Shown here: positions 52,070-64,000 of the stretch, piece by piece
Layout of the letters: each line of letters begins with the position of its first letter
Position numbering within the stretch: position 1 is the first letter of the stretch
Assembly (NCBI GenBank): GCA_051362555.1
Contig: CM120640.1
Coordinates: forward strand, 51,190,788 to 51,254,787
Direction of reading: 5' to 3'
Source of the DNA: Lingula anatina
Taxonomy: Eukaryota; Animalia; Brachiopoda
Length of the DNA stretch: 64,000 nt
Notes under the pieces: model-generated
The model's input: only the letters and a program-made list of their open reading frames with translations
Database searches by the model: none
Told to the model about the DNA's origin: nothing
Translations under genes and position numbers: made by a program

Positions 52070-53429
52070 GATTGTCTTCTTTTCTAAAAACACAAAAACA
52101 GAGTTTATTGGAAAACCAATCTGTAAAAGATATGCTACCAAAGCCAATTTTATTTGGAAAATAAAAAGAAAAAATTCTGTAAAAGGTAATCCACCAAAAT
52201 CATTTTAATTTTCAATTCTTTTTAAAACATATTGAAGCAGTATACACATAAATCAGATTTCTGACTGACTAATTCTTCTCTACAAATTTAGTGTAAGAAC
52301 CAGTTCAATTGGTAGTCAATAATTACATCAATCCCCATTGACAATTAAAGTTACTCAAAGTGCTGTTGCTTGTCAAATTAATGGATGTATTGATTTCAGA
52401 TCTCAGGCATTGAAAGAGAATTTTTTACCATTAACATTAACATTCAAACAGATGGCAATGGAACACATAAAGGTCAAGTTTGGAGATTTATAAAAGTCAC
52501 TTTGTCATCTAATACTCTGTTTCATATGGTTGTCAGTCAATAATACATTTTAATTAACAATTATAATTTCTCTATGTTCAATTATAAAAAATATCAGAAC
52601 TTAAATACATATACTTTTAACTGTAAGATTTTGTAATTCTTAGTAAAGATAATAATTATAAATATTATTAAATAACCATCTGGTGGTCATATGAATGAAA
52701 TGAAAGCTGAAGACTTCAATTATATTCAGACAAAAAAAACACAGGCAGTTACAATGTAATTTTCACATATGGAACTAGGTAATTAAGGATCCATTTCTTT
52801 TCTGCGACTAGAGCATCAAATGAAGTTTTCAAAAAAGCAATCAATACAATTGATAGTATGTTCCCATGACTATAAGGAAAGGCATTACAATGGGAAATGT
52901 ATGCTTTGAATTAAATATTCATCACTCCTCCTGCATAAAATTATTTTATCTCACTTATATGCTGTGGTGCATGGTACACTGGAGTTCTTTGCATAAAATT
53001 TAACTTTCATCATTGATGGAAATTTGAAAAGCGACAGAAATTATTACATCTGTAGCAGCCAAAAAAGGGTAAATCAGGTAAACATTTCGCTGATAAGTAG
53101 TTACATATAGGTAATTTAAATCTAATGGGGTTTGAAGAACAAATCTGTTTACAATGTTCTCCATAAGATTAAGTTAATGACAAACAAACACCTTTATCAA
53201 AAGGCCCCTGACTGTGAATGATTTTTGAAGTCAACAGATATAATATATTTTGTTGTCTTATGATGAGAAAAAGAAACAGGTATAGAAGAACAGAAGTTTG
53301 AAAATGAAGACAGCATAAACTGCATTAAAATAGAAAAAAATATAAACAAAACTGATCTTCATCCTTAACAAAACTAATTTACCAAAGCAAAACAACATAT
53401 GACAACAGCCTGACTCTAGTTAAACTTAC

Positions 53430-54060
53430 CTATTCAAGTCAAATCCAAAAAAATGTTGGACAACAGGTGTCCTATTTGTGGCTATGCTCAAACCACAAGT
53501 GCGTAATGTCTGGTTGGTTGGCTCAAAATGTCCTATGTCTTGGTCGCAAAGCCCAATTATTGTTCTTACTTTCACCCGCCTGTCATCTCGTATCCCCGAG
53601 TTTTTCCTACAAATAACTTTTTTTTTTCAAAAACGGAGATGATTATTCAGCTAAAAAAGGGACTGCATGAACAACTATCAACTTATGAAATCTTCCCGTA
53701 ACACCGCTAACCAACGGGACTCGGTGCCAAAATGTAAGGCAGAACATTGACCATGCACACAAGCCTCGATTTACGCTTGGTTTATTCTCTGTCGATCAAT
53801 GTCTCATACGAACTTGAACAAATACAGATCAACAGAACGTGAATAGCGCCTGCTGTATTAACTATACAACATACCTGGCAACTCCAACCCATAGACTCTG
53901 TATATAAAGCCATAATATTGATCAAACAAAGCCTTAGTAGTAGGCCCCCTCGAAACAGTCACCATAGCGCACACAGTGAAGTGACGTCATTGCAAAACTG
54001 GCACTTGCTTGCCTCGAGGAATTGTAAATTTTAGGAAATCGGGCGGGGAACTGAGTTTTG
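53430..54060 (-). promoter_or_regulatory. Candidate NCX non-coding first exon and CpG-rich promoter
   Basis: Donor ag|gtaagt at 53429/53430 on the minus strand. CpG content rises from ~53.5 kb; perfect CRE TGACGTCA at ~53982; GC-box GGGCGGGG at ~54041. The TSS cannot be determined from sequence. Confidence 0.45.
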
Positions 54061-56305
54061 TTTTAATAGTAGTATTCATCTTGGGATGATATGAAAGAGA
54101 CGAAAAAATGATACAAGAAATCGCCCAAAAGACCAATAAACTTTACAGTGGTAGTCGGGCAGCCTAATCAACCCTCCCAAAGCATGAACATACTTTCTGA
54201 ATCATCTTTCTATTACTTAAAACAGCTACATGTACAAGTAGGCCCCTGCCGGTCAGAAACTGCGATGTTAACAATCTTGTTTTATGAACATGGTTACCTC
54301 TCATTCAAATACGCAAAAACGAAACAAAACAAAACAAAAAAATCCTAAAAATGTGATGAAGTTATCAAAAAGACCGAAACGGTTGGTGCTGCAACCGTTC
54401 CTCTTGTCAACGTAAATGTTTTCACGCCTTACGGGCCATTTCATAATAAAATCACGTGTTATGGCACAGGGTTAGCAAACCAGGTACATGTAACTAGGCT
54501 GCCCAAAAAATAAACAATGAACAATTAGTAAAAAGAAAATATAAACTTAAACAATGCCCGACACAGCAACGGACATTCTGAGAAAAAGTGAGAAGGACTT
54601 AAGGTCTCCTTATTTTCGAAATTAGAAATAAGATGTTTACCGATCCTATCATGTATGCAGAAAAAAAGTAGTTTTTTCAAAATAAGTTTATGATCTTAAG
54701 TAAAATTTGTATGGTGATAAAATTTTGGATTTTCATAATAAGCACAGCTTTGTAAATTTCCATTCCTCGTCTAGGCACATTTTTGACATAATCTTTACAG
54801 ACCAAATTTTGTTCACCATTATCTTATGGATTGAACTTGGGTTTTCAACAGACATAACCATGCCCTCAAAGATACGCAAAAAACGACAATGGCCTTTTTT
54901 GAACTGGACATTTCCAAAATGCAGTTATCCTTGCAAAATGATAAAAGGTTTTCATAAGCGTCTGTAAAAAGGGAAAGCCCGAAAGCCCTTAACTCCACGT
55001 AGGCTACAAGATATTATATTAGACAAAAATAGTTGAAAATTGGCGTGCACATTGCCAATTGTCCTTTCACACGTGTAGCCTTTAAACGTGAACACATATA
55101 ACATTTTCAGAATATTGATGGATCGATATTTTTTTCTGCAGTCATTCTTTACCTTTGTAAGATCATTCTGTGTTGATTAAATGTTTCACGCTCGGACTTT
55201 TTTAATCAGATAACGATGTCGGAACAACGGCACCTAAGGGATAACACAGTATATTTTAATTTTGGTTAAAACCACAACTTTTTTTAAAATATTCAAAATA
55301 AATTCTGCCGCAGTGGAAAAAATGTTAACATTTTTTTCATATTGACTTTAAGAGGGTCGAATCATTTTGGCCCAGAAAATAAAATATAAACACGGAAAAA
55401 AATTAGGAAAGTACACGGCAACATACGCAGGTGATGTGTCTGTCTGGTCTGACCGGTACAGACGGTGGGTCTGCCATTGAACTGGATTGTATTGATCCAT
55501 GGCAATTACGAGAAATCCGTTTCCCCATAGTAATAAATGCGGAGTTAGTTATCTCCGTGACAAAAATCCATAAAAATATTTTAACATGTATCAAATACAT
55601 TTTGAAAAACATAGCACGAAAAATAACAAAACCAAATTAAGGATCAAGTGACGTGAATTATACAGAAATCCTATTAGAACCATATTGATAAAAAGCGTCA
55701 TTTTCCCCATACCAATCATACTTTTTAACCGGCTTATACGAGTTCTATTCAGAATCGAAACAGAGCACAAGTCTGTTAATCTATCGTTCATCATGTGACC
55801 AAAAACAGCAAACCCCCCGAAAAGCAAAAAGAACCGACCTTCTTAAATTCATAGAACACTCGTGAATGCACTCCGATGGCATTAGCTTATTGTTTAACAA
55901 TCAGGGCTGTGGTTTGACAAGATTGTGATGATGCCTTATGGGGACGAAAAACCCAGGTTAGTAGGGTTAAATAAGCGTAAGCTGAATCAAACGACCAACA
56001 AGCATGGGTTCGAATTCACAATCATGAAAAATGAATTCTTGTCATTATCTCGTTTTATTAACCCGATACATGTATATGGACGCCAGGATAGCCGCAATCG
56101 CGCTCGCAATACCACCTCGCGAACTTGACCCACGGTTGACGTTTATAGTTTAGCACGTTGTGTAGTTGTATTTGCTCTGTTGCTTATTTTTTCATAAGTA
56201 ATGACTGTTATGATCTTCTCAATAAAACCTGACATTTTGGCTTATTCTAATTAAAATACATAATGCCTCAATCGTAACATTTAAGCTGCACAAAGCCGGT
56301 CCATC

Positions 56306-56571
56306 ACTGTGAGTGGGATCCCATACCTAGATCGAGCTAACAGAATCGATCCATCCCCGAGTGGTTTCTCGCTAAATTGCTTTCAGCTTAAGCGGCTTAG
56401 ATGTCTGGCACACCTACTAAAGCTGCTAAACGATAATTAATTATCCCCTAGCAGCTTCAGTAGGCGTGGCAGACACCTAAGCTGCTTAAGTTGATTGCAA
56501 TTTAGCCAGAATCCCTCGGAGATAGATCGATCCAAAGTTATTACGATAGGGTCTGGAATGGTCCCTACAGT
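56306..56571. repeat. 266-bp imperfect palindrome (foldback)
   Basis: Centred on GATAATT|AATTATC (56438/56439). The arms match well for ~90 bp (gctaaattgc...cttaagcggcttag...cctactaaagctgct vs agcagcttcagtagg...ctaagctgcttaag...gcaatttagc) and more loosely out to actgt/acagt. Confidence 0.9.
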
Positions 56572-56572
56572 T

Positions 56573-57106
56573 ATTACCTCCGCCAAGTTTATGTTTTCAC
56601 CTGTTTGTTTGTCTGTCTGTCTGTCATCAACATAACTCAAAAAGTTATGGATGAATTTCGATTGAATTTTCAGGGTAGGTCAGAAATGGGTTAACTTAGA
56701 AGTGATTAGTTTTTGGTGGTGATCTGGATCAATAATCAATCAATAATCAAAAATAATTAATCTAAGTTATTGACCCACTTTGAGGAAATTTTCAGGAACT
56801 GTCAGAAGTGGGCCAAGGAACAGATGTTTAGTTTTTGGTGATCCAGATAAATAATCAATCAATAATCAATCAAAAATAAAAAACTAAGTTATGGACCGAT
56901 TTTGATGAAATTATCAGGAACTGTCAGTAGTGGGCCAAGTAACAGATGATTAGTTTTTGGTGGTGATTCGGATCAATAATCAATCAATCAATAATCAAAA
57001 ATAAAAAAACTAAATCATGAAAGAATGAAAATTTCGGGGTGAAACGGCAGTGGATGGAGACTTTGCTGTCTTGGCAGGGTCTGCGCTCTCTGAGTGCTTT
57101 TCTAGT
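56573..57106 (+). mobile_element. Helentron-associated interspersed element (HINE/DINE-like) with internal ~120-bp tandem array
   Basis: 5' subTIR ACCTCCGCCAAG, then a (GTTT/GTCT)n microsatellite, three ~120-bp units (56641-57010), 3' inverted subTIR CTTGGCAGGGT, and a terminal hairpin GCGCTC-TCT-GAGTGC followed by TTTTCTAG. Confidence 0.8.
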
Positions 57107-57191
57107 AATAACATTCGTTTTGACTAAACCAGAGTGCAGACATCTCCAGCAGGCCCCTACTAGTCATTTTGGTAAACCAGTTACAGTTGTT

Positions 57192-57413
57192 GTTACCTCC
57201 ACTAAGGAGGTAATGTTTTTGCCTTTGTTAGATTGTCAGGTAATAGCCTAACTTAATAAATAATGGACGGAATTTTGTTTTAGTATAGGTCAGAAATGGA
57301 CTAACTTGGAATTGATTATACTTTGACAGTGGTTAATAATAATAATAACAATAATAATAATGTCAATTATGCAGTCTTGGCGGAGGTCTGGGCTCTCGGA
57401 GTGATTGTCTAGC
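57192..57413 (+). mobile_element. Second, shorter HINE-like copy
   Basis: ACCTCCACTAAGGAGGT start, one partial internal unit (taggtcagaaatgg), and CTTGGCGGAGGTCTGGGCTCTCGGAGTG..CTAG end. Confidence 0.75.
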
Positions 57414-58849
57414 TATAGTTGGCTCCTACTCCGGGGCCCAACTTTTTATATCTCCAGATAGCTACACTAGAAGTGATCAGTTAAAACCTAAATAAGTAAT
57501 ATGCTGGGATTTTTGCAGTCATTATGATTATTTGCAAGTCCATTGCATTAAGTCATAAGATCTTTCCTTTATTTCTTTTTTGACAGTCTGTGCTTATATC
57601 TCAAAGGTATGTTAAATCTTTTGAAAAACAAGAAAGAAAAAAAAAACTCCCCTGCTAAAAAAATTCCATTTTAGGATGATGAAAATGGTAAGTGGATGAA
57701 AGTTAACATTTGAAATAAAGTAATCATTTTACCCCCCCCCCCCCTTAACCATTTCATTTTTTTTAGCAATGTAGAAGAGATAAAAAGGTTTTCAAATGGA
57801 AAACATCCAATGACACATTTCCAGATGGTTGTACCATTACAGTAATTTTCCTGATGAAGAATTTAATTACCCCCTTTCCAAATATTTCATGCGCATTATC
57901 AGATATTCAGCCTGGGCATCACTGTTTTTTAGAAGCCAACCTTTACAACTAGTGCGCAAGTGAAATGGCTATAAAGAGCATATAGAGAAGTGACAATCTG
58001 GGACATCAACCGTATAGAGAAGTGATAATCTTAATCAATGCAGCAATTTGCATATTTGTATTTCTTTAATATAAATATATATATTTCTACATTAATTTTT
58101 TGAAAAAAAAAATGCATTTTTACTTGCAGTATGAAGCATTTTTGTCTTGTCCCTTGTACATAGCAGTTAAAGCTAACTTTAACTTTACATCACTAGCATT
58201 ACTGTGTCAACTACCCCTGAAGACAAATTTTGTCAAAACACAAGCTTGTTACTGAGTGACATCGCATGAGGGAAGTTAAAATATCTTGGATGAATACTTA
58301 ATGTTTTGCTGTCTGTAAAAAAACATTCATAATATCAAATGACATTTTCGGGAACCAATGTTAACTTGAAAAAATACAATGCAAATCCCACTCAGTTCAC
58401 TATCATGCACTACACAAAATTATCACAAGTAATTTTTATATCACTTATTTTAAAACACAGTGCAGAGAAGACAAATGCTCTTTTTTCACTAGTCAAAAGA
58501 CCAATGTAACCATTTACAGAGAGATTCCTAGGAATGTTCACTTTCACAAAATGACTGGTCTAAAGAAAAAATAAAATGGAAAATTGCCACCCTCTTCTAA
58601 GAATTTTATCATAGATATTTCTGGCAAAAAGTTAACATCTACTTCTTTGTCATGAAATGCATTCATTTTAATACAATGCATAATTTAACACATCATTCTA
58701 AAAAAATGAATTCTCACAAACCCCCAAACTCCCCCACATAAAGCTACATTAAGCATCTTTATTGTACATGCTGTATTATGTCTGGAGAAACACATTTAGT
58801 GTTTCTTTTAACTTCCTTTGGCTTCAAATTTTATACAGTATGCTTTTAG

Positions 58850-61007
58850 TCATCCATCAACATCCTCTTCTGCCTCACTAGTACTGTCATCTAATCCATT
58901 AACCTTTTCCTCAGGGAGTGCTTCACTGGTGCTGCTGTCATTTAAGCTTGCTGAACCAAGTAATATGTAGTCAAGACCCTGTAAAGATATATGAGCATGA
59001 TATTTGGTGTGGGGCTCCATAACACATTTAAGATATCAAAGCAAACACACACGAGTCAAAATGATCCCTTAACATGCAGACATGTCAATTTGGATCTCTA
59101 TTTTGTGAAACTTTGAACAAGATCAAGTCAAACAGTTAAAATTTCATTTGACCAAAGTTGTTTATTCTGCATGTCCATGTTAAGATAACATAGATAGCAA
59201 ATGATGTGTACAAATGTAGAAAAAATTGAAACTCTTTTGATGATTTGCACACAACATTGCAAAATGTAGTCTGTAAGGTGCCCCCCAAATATTGTTTCAA
59301 ACCATTTCCATAACTGCGACTGTAATTTATGTTTATAGATTTTATTTTAAAAAGTTTAAAACTATAAATTTTGGAGATCTTTAACCACACTAAATGTGCC
59401 AATTTTTTATCATGTCAGTAAAAAGACATAACTCTGTTCTTCCGAACAATTTATACTTTTTAACCAATTGGAAGGCCTATACTGTCATGAATAAGGCTAA
59501 TTTGAACTTGACCTTTGTAAATGGATTGTGTTGTCTGCTGAGCAGTATTCATTAGTGCTTGATCTCCCTGCTTTCCTTTGCAGTTGTTTATGATAGTAAT
59601 GGTCAATGTCACAAGAGAGGATGCGTAAATTTGACTGCTCCTATTGGCTGGCCAACTCACCATATTGATAGGAAAATTGGTTCAGTCTAAGTGTTCAAAT
59701 CAGAGCAAAATGGCAAAGAATATGAAGTTAATGAACCCAAAAGTAATTATTTTTGGACATTTGGGGTTTATAACACTCCAAATATTTTAAACTTGCAAAA
59801 ATGGAACAGCATGCTCATTTCTAAATGTATTTTTAGGCTAGACCTTATGGACTTATGTGACACATTGCAGATCAGAACAGGTTCAATACCTTTCAAATGC
59901 TTACGTACTAGTACTTTAAAGTCTTCTTCAAGGTTGTGGCATTAATTGCAAAGTTTTTTTCAACTGCAGAGAAGTCTATGATTATCAAACAATCATATAT
60001 GCTTTATGTATATTTAGGAATTGTTAACTGCAGTTGTTTAGTTACAAGTACCACTTTGTTTAATGACATAATATTAAATGTAGCCAAATGGTATAACAAA
60101 TGATTATTTAAACTATTACTCTACTTGCAATTGTTCCTTACATCAGTATTCTTACAAAATTAAGTCTTTTTCTGTGTAAAATAATGTTCACAAGGCCATG
60201 TATTTGCAGCAATAAGCACTTAGTGCAAAACTGTCTATATGAAAAAACAAACAAACAAAAAAAAAATCAGGTTACCTTCCAGTGAATAGGCCTCTCCACC
60301 AAAGGATTATCCCTTAAATCAAGTTTAGTTAACTTTGCAAGTCCAACTAGAGTCTCATCAGGAAGCTCCCTTATTTGATTATTTCTCAAGCAAACAGTGG
60401 ATAAGTTCTGAATCTCAGTCAAACATATGGGGACACAGTCAAATTGATTACTGTCCAAATTCAGGTATAACAGCCTTGGGATTTTACCAAAATTACTTGG
60501 CAAAGTGCAGAATTGATTTTCTTGCAAGCTCAACCACTGTAATGACTGAAGGTGGTGAAACTCATCTGGCAGGTCACTAATATTGTTACTTCGAAGACTC
60601 AGTTTCTCTAATTTTGTTAATAAACCAATATCCTTTGGCAATGCAATTAGACCACATTTGACAGCCCACAGCTGCCGAAGATTTTTTAAATCCCCAATTT
60701 CTCCAGGAAGAAAACTGAGAGGGTTGTGGCTTATACTAATATAAGTCAGCTGTTTTAACCTTCCAATTCCAGAGGGCAATACAGTCAATTGGTTGTGATC
60801 TAAAATAAGCTCTTGTAAGAGTTCCAGTTCTATAAGTTCTTGTGGGGGCATAATAAGTTTGTTATCATTTAGCAGCAATCTAGTTACATGTTTCAGTGTC
60901 TGTATGCTACTTGGCAAAATAGTTAAGCCTCTATGACTGAGATTTATCACTTGTTCCTTTTTCACTTCAGCTTCCCTGATACTGTTTTCAAGCTGTATCA
61001 AATCCAT
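58850..61007 (-). CDS. Leucine-rich-repeat-only protein (~9 LRRs plus acidic tail), ~286 aa
   Basis: Exons 61007-60276 (LxxLxLxxNxLxxLPxxIxxL repeats; phase-0 donor gtaacc) and 58978-58850 (GLDYILLGSASLNDSS...EAEEDVDG*). Probable non-coding first exon with donor gtaagt at 61639. AATAAA on the minus strand near 58757-58762. Confidence 0.88.
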
Positions 61008-63059
61008 ATGGTCTGGCGCCCATGGGCAACTTAAGTATCTGCAGAGAAGATAATTAACAGTTACTGAGCATTCTTGTTATTCTTTGATCTCAAGATGAAC
61101 TGAAAATTAACAGATCAATTGTTCTCTCGGGTAATACACTTCTGATACAATGTACCTCTTTCGAAATGAAGCTGCACACAGTGCACATTTATTTTTTCCC
61201 AATTTGATCCCACGGGTTTCTAATAATGTCGAAGTACATAAAAGAGAAATGGCATATCTTTCACATAAATTATTCTTAGAAATGCTGCCGTCACACAAAA
61301 CTGCCTTTTTTTAAGTTATACTGCGTGTCTAACTTACATAATAAACGGGTAATTAAACTGCACTACGTTCAGTACGAAAAAGGAAGGTATTAAGTAATAG
61401 TTATGCAGCATAAAAATATATATATAAATTATAAAATTAAATAACAGTTTGATGCTCTGAGTCTTGCAGTTGTACACTACCTCTGTAAAGTTGAAAATTA
61501 CAGCTCTATGAAAAGTCAGTAAACAATAAAGTCAGTATACATTAAAAGGATTTGATACTCTAATATCCCCAAAAGATGAGTTGATTAACAAAGTCAATAC
61601 GGGGTACGTTGATGAATAAATCGTTTTGATGTAACTTACACTCTCTGTGTTGACTACATTGTAGCAGGTTACGTACTCCTTTTGTTGAAGAGCAATTAGG
61701 ACTCAAGAGAAGCTACGCGGCGTAGAACACTTAGGTGAACGTTTGCTTTCAGTGTCAGTATTTATTTGAATATATTAACATGAAAAACCAGTTAGCACCG
61801 AACTTAATTTAAATCAATAAATTTAAAGCAATGACCTTTATATATTTGGAATATACCATTTGTCATTTTGTTTGGTGCCAAAGTCCTTCACAGACGAACT
61901 TTGTTCCAAATGTTGTACGCAATAGTGCATGGACTGGTAATACATATTTTTAATCAGTATTTTAAAAAATGGTAGAGATTCCACTAATGCTTCAGGTATA
62001 CATAAGATTCTTAGAGGTGAAGTGAAAACTCTTAACATATTTGTAATTTTATTTGTAATATTTTAAGTATAATTTCATGATTTTTACCAAATACATCCAA
62101 GAAAGATTCATTCTAATGCAGTTCTTGAAAATGTTTAATATCCAATTTGTCTTTCAAACAATAAACATTTTTAGTATTATAAATGTACCATCCAATTTTT
62201 GGTTACAAATAAATATTATTATAAACTTGGTGAGCTAACAGGTGTTCTCATTGAAAGATTTTGTCAAATTATATTATATATATCATGCAATCAATTTACA
62301 CTTAGTTTACATTCTAGTAATAAATTGAATTTGAAGCTAAAGAAAAATATTTTAAATGGAAAAAAAAAAAAACATAACTAGTAAGTTAACCACATGAAAG
62401 TGTCTAGAAAGCACATTTATTGGATAACGAGACAAATATACTCCAGTTTAAAGATGCATATTAAGTCAATTTTTTGCCACAAAAGCCAACCAAATGCCAG
62501 CATGTAGTTTCGAGCAGTATAGCTAAGAGAATTACCAAAAGGCATTGTATAATTTTGCCTGAAAATGATGTTTAAACAGATTTTTCTGCTAGCATTCTAT
62601 GCTGTAGGTCAATGGGGCAGAAAAGAAGGTCACGAAAGTAGGTTAAATTTTTGACCAAAAATTTAAAGAAAGGAGCAGTCTAAAGCTCTTTTATAGCTGA
62701 TCGAGTGATCTATTCTTTATCCCTTTGCATGTAGAATTTATTTGATTCATATAAAAAACTAGTAGAAGTGGATTATATGTGTTAATGGAAATCCACGCTC
62801 CAATGATGCTCGGTTCATATGTACCTTTAATTGAGTTATCATCCTTCTTTAGGAAAAAAGCTTGTGCACAATCAGGCAACAAAGAGTAAACTTTATAACA
62901 GTCTTTGAAATATGAAAAAAAATTCAAAAGTAATATCAATATTGTCAAATGTTGGCAAATCAAGCCAAATCCTTGAAATGTACACACGAAAATTGGGTAT
63001 AGCAGATTGGAATGGCATGCTTTTGGCATTGACATTTTCAAAATAATTCTTCATTCTGT

Positions 63060-63993
63060 CTATGGTTTGCATCTTTCAATAAACCTTGGATACAAACACA
63101 CTTCGCGGATATGTGGTCTTTTCAGCATCCAGCACAAGTATCTCTCCAAGCCAAGACCATAGCCACCATGAGGACAGGATCCATATTTCCTCTGAAATAC
63201 AATAGTAACAGTTAGAAAGCATGAAAATTGAAAAATTCCAGACTATAACATGTTCATCAAAGTGACAGACTCTCTTGCTTCAGCAGTGTAATGTATCCAT
63301 TTACTACTTCCCCTTACATCACTTTTTAAAAACTATTAATAAGTTATCTTTCCTTGGTAACCACATGTGTAGCTCAAAATGTGACTCTTAATACATGAAC
63401 TTACTTGGTCTGTATACCAATAGTATGGTGTGGGGTCAATGCCTTCTCTCTTGTAGCCTTCAAGCAACTCATCATTGTCCCAGATACGCATAGAGCCTCC
63501 TATGATCTCCCCCACTCCTGGCATCAACAGATCCACCTTAAACAGGATTCAATTATTAAGGCTTAAAACCTTACTTGTACTCTATTGATAGAACAAAGCC
63601 ACTGCATCAAAATGTGCCCATATCAATTAGAAATTATAATAAGAATTAAAGTTAGAAAGCCTGACAAAGTTTTTCACACAGGTACCACAACCTTTTTACT
63701 CTGATGGCAGTGGGTGTCATATAAGTTGTCTGGCAGGATTTTTTCTCAGCTTTCTCAAACAACAAGACGTTTTCTCAAACAACAAAACGCATCAAATTCA
63801 TCCTGACACCCCTGCTTGCATAAGCATATATCTTAATCCCTTAAAAGGAAAATGTGCTTACAGATTCTGTCAATCTTCTATCTTCTGCACATCTCATCAT
63901 GTAGAATGATTTAATTTCCACTGGAAAACGACACAGGAAGATTGGTTCGTTAATCTGGTCAGTCATTTTTCTCTCAGGAGCTTCTGGTATATC
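63060..63993 (-). CDS. NARS1: Cytoplasmic asparaginyl-tRNA synthetase, last three exons (gene continues beyond window)
   Basis: Exons 63993-63862 ([32 protein letters not shown]...LTES), 63536-63405 ([20 protein letters not shown]...PYYWYTDQ) and 63191-63060 ([21 protein letters not shown]...[12 protein letters not shown]; class II motif 3). Confidence 0.96.
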
Positions 63994-64000
63994 CTACAAA

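Noticed and set aside
52070-52147. Hydrophobic N-terminal extension of the 280-aa NCX ORF as a signal peptide
   Set aside because: It starts at a non-ATG codon and spans the intron polypyrimidine tract and acceptor at 52084.
56641-57010. Regular repeats as a CRISPR-like array
   Set aside because: Whole ~120-bp units are similar with no unique spacers, there are no cas genes, and the context is a eukaryotic Helentron.
5067-63993. The five genes as a functionally coupled cluster
   Set aside because: Unrelated functions and separate promoters; nothing in the sequence supports co-regulation. Synteny was not testable here.

Overview
AT-rich eukaryotic genomic DNA, most likely an invertebrate bilaterian. 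It has spliceosomal introns and mosaic CpG depletion, and no prokaryotic features. Five intron-containing genes can be reconstructed by hand: (1) a SKOR1/2-fussel (Ski/Sno family) corepressor, + strand, ~5.1-9.8 kb; (2) an ENL/AF9 YEATS-AHD gene, + strand, 14.0-17.7 kb; (3) a divergent SLC8/NCX Na+/Ca2+ exchanger, - strand, 26.0-52.1 kb, ~883-892 aa; (4) an LRR-only gene, - strand, 58.9-61.0 kb; (5) the 3' end of cytoplasmic asparaginyl-tRNA synthetase, - strand, 63.1-64.0 kb. Mobile DNA includes a decayed Penelope-like GIY-YIG remnant, a pogo-like MITE, an RTE-clade LINE 3' end, a long-TIR element containing a nested Harbinger-like element, Helentron-type (HINE) repeats and a 266-bp palindrome. 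The most interesting signal is the splicing architecture of the NCX gene: two frame-equivalent alternative cassettes inside CBD1 (one encodes a PKI-like RRNAL motif), a required GC donor competing with a frameshifting GT donor, a microexon cluster after CBD2, and a candidate recursive splice site. The NCX protein also appears rewired: no XIP, His-rich loops, and a CBD2 lacking its acidic Ca ligands. I found no clearly new multi-gene system. All exon models are manual inferences and need RNA-seq confirmation.
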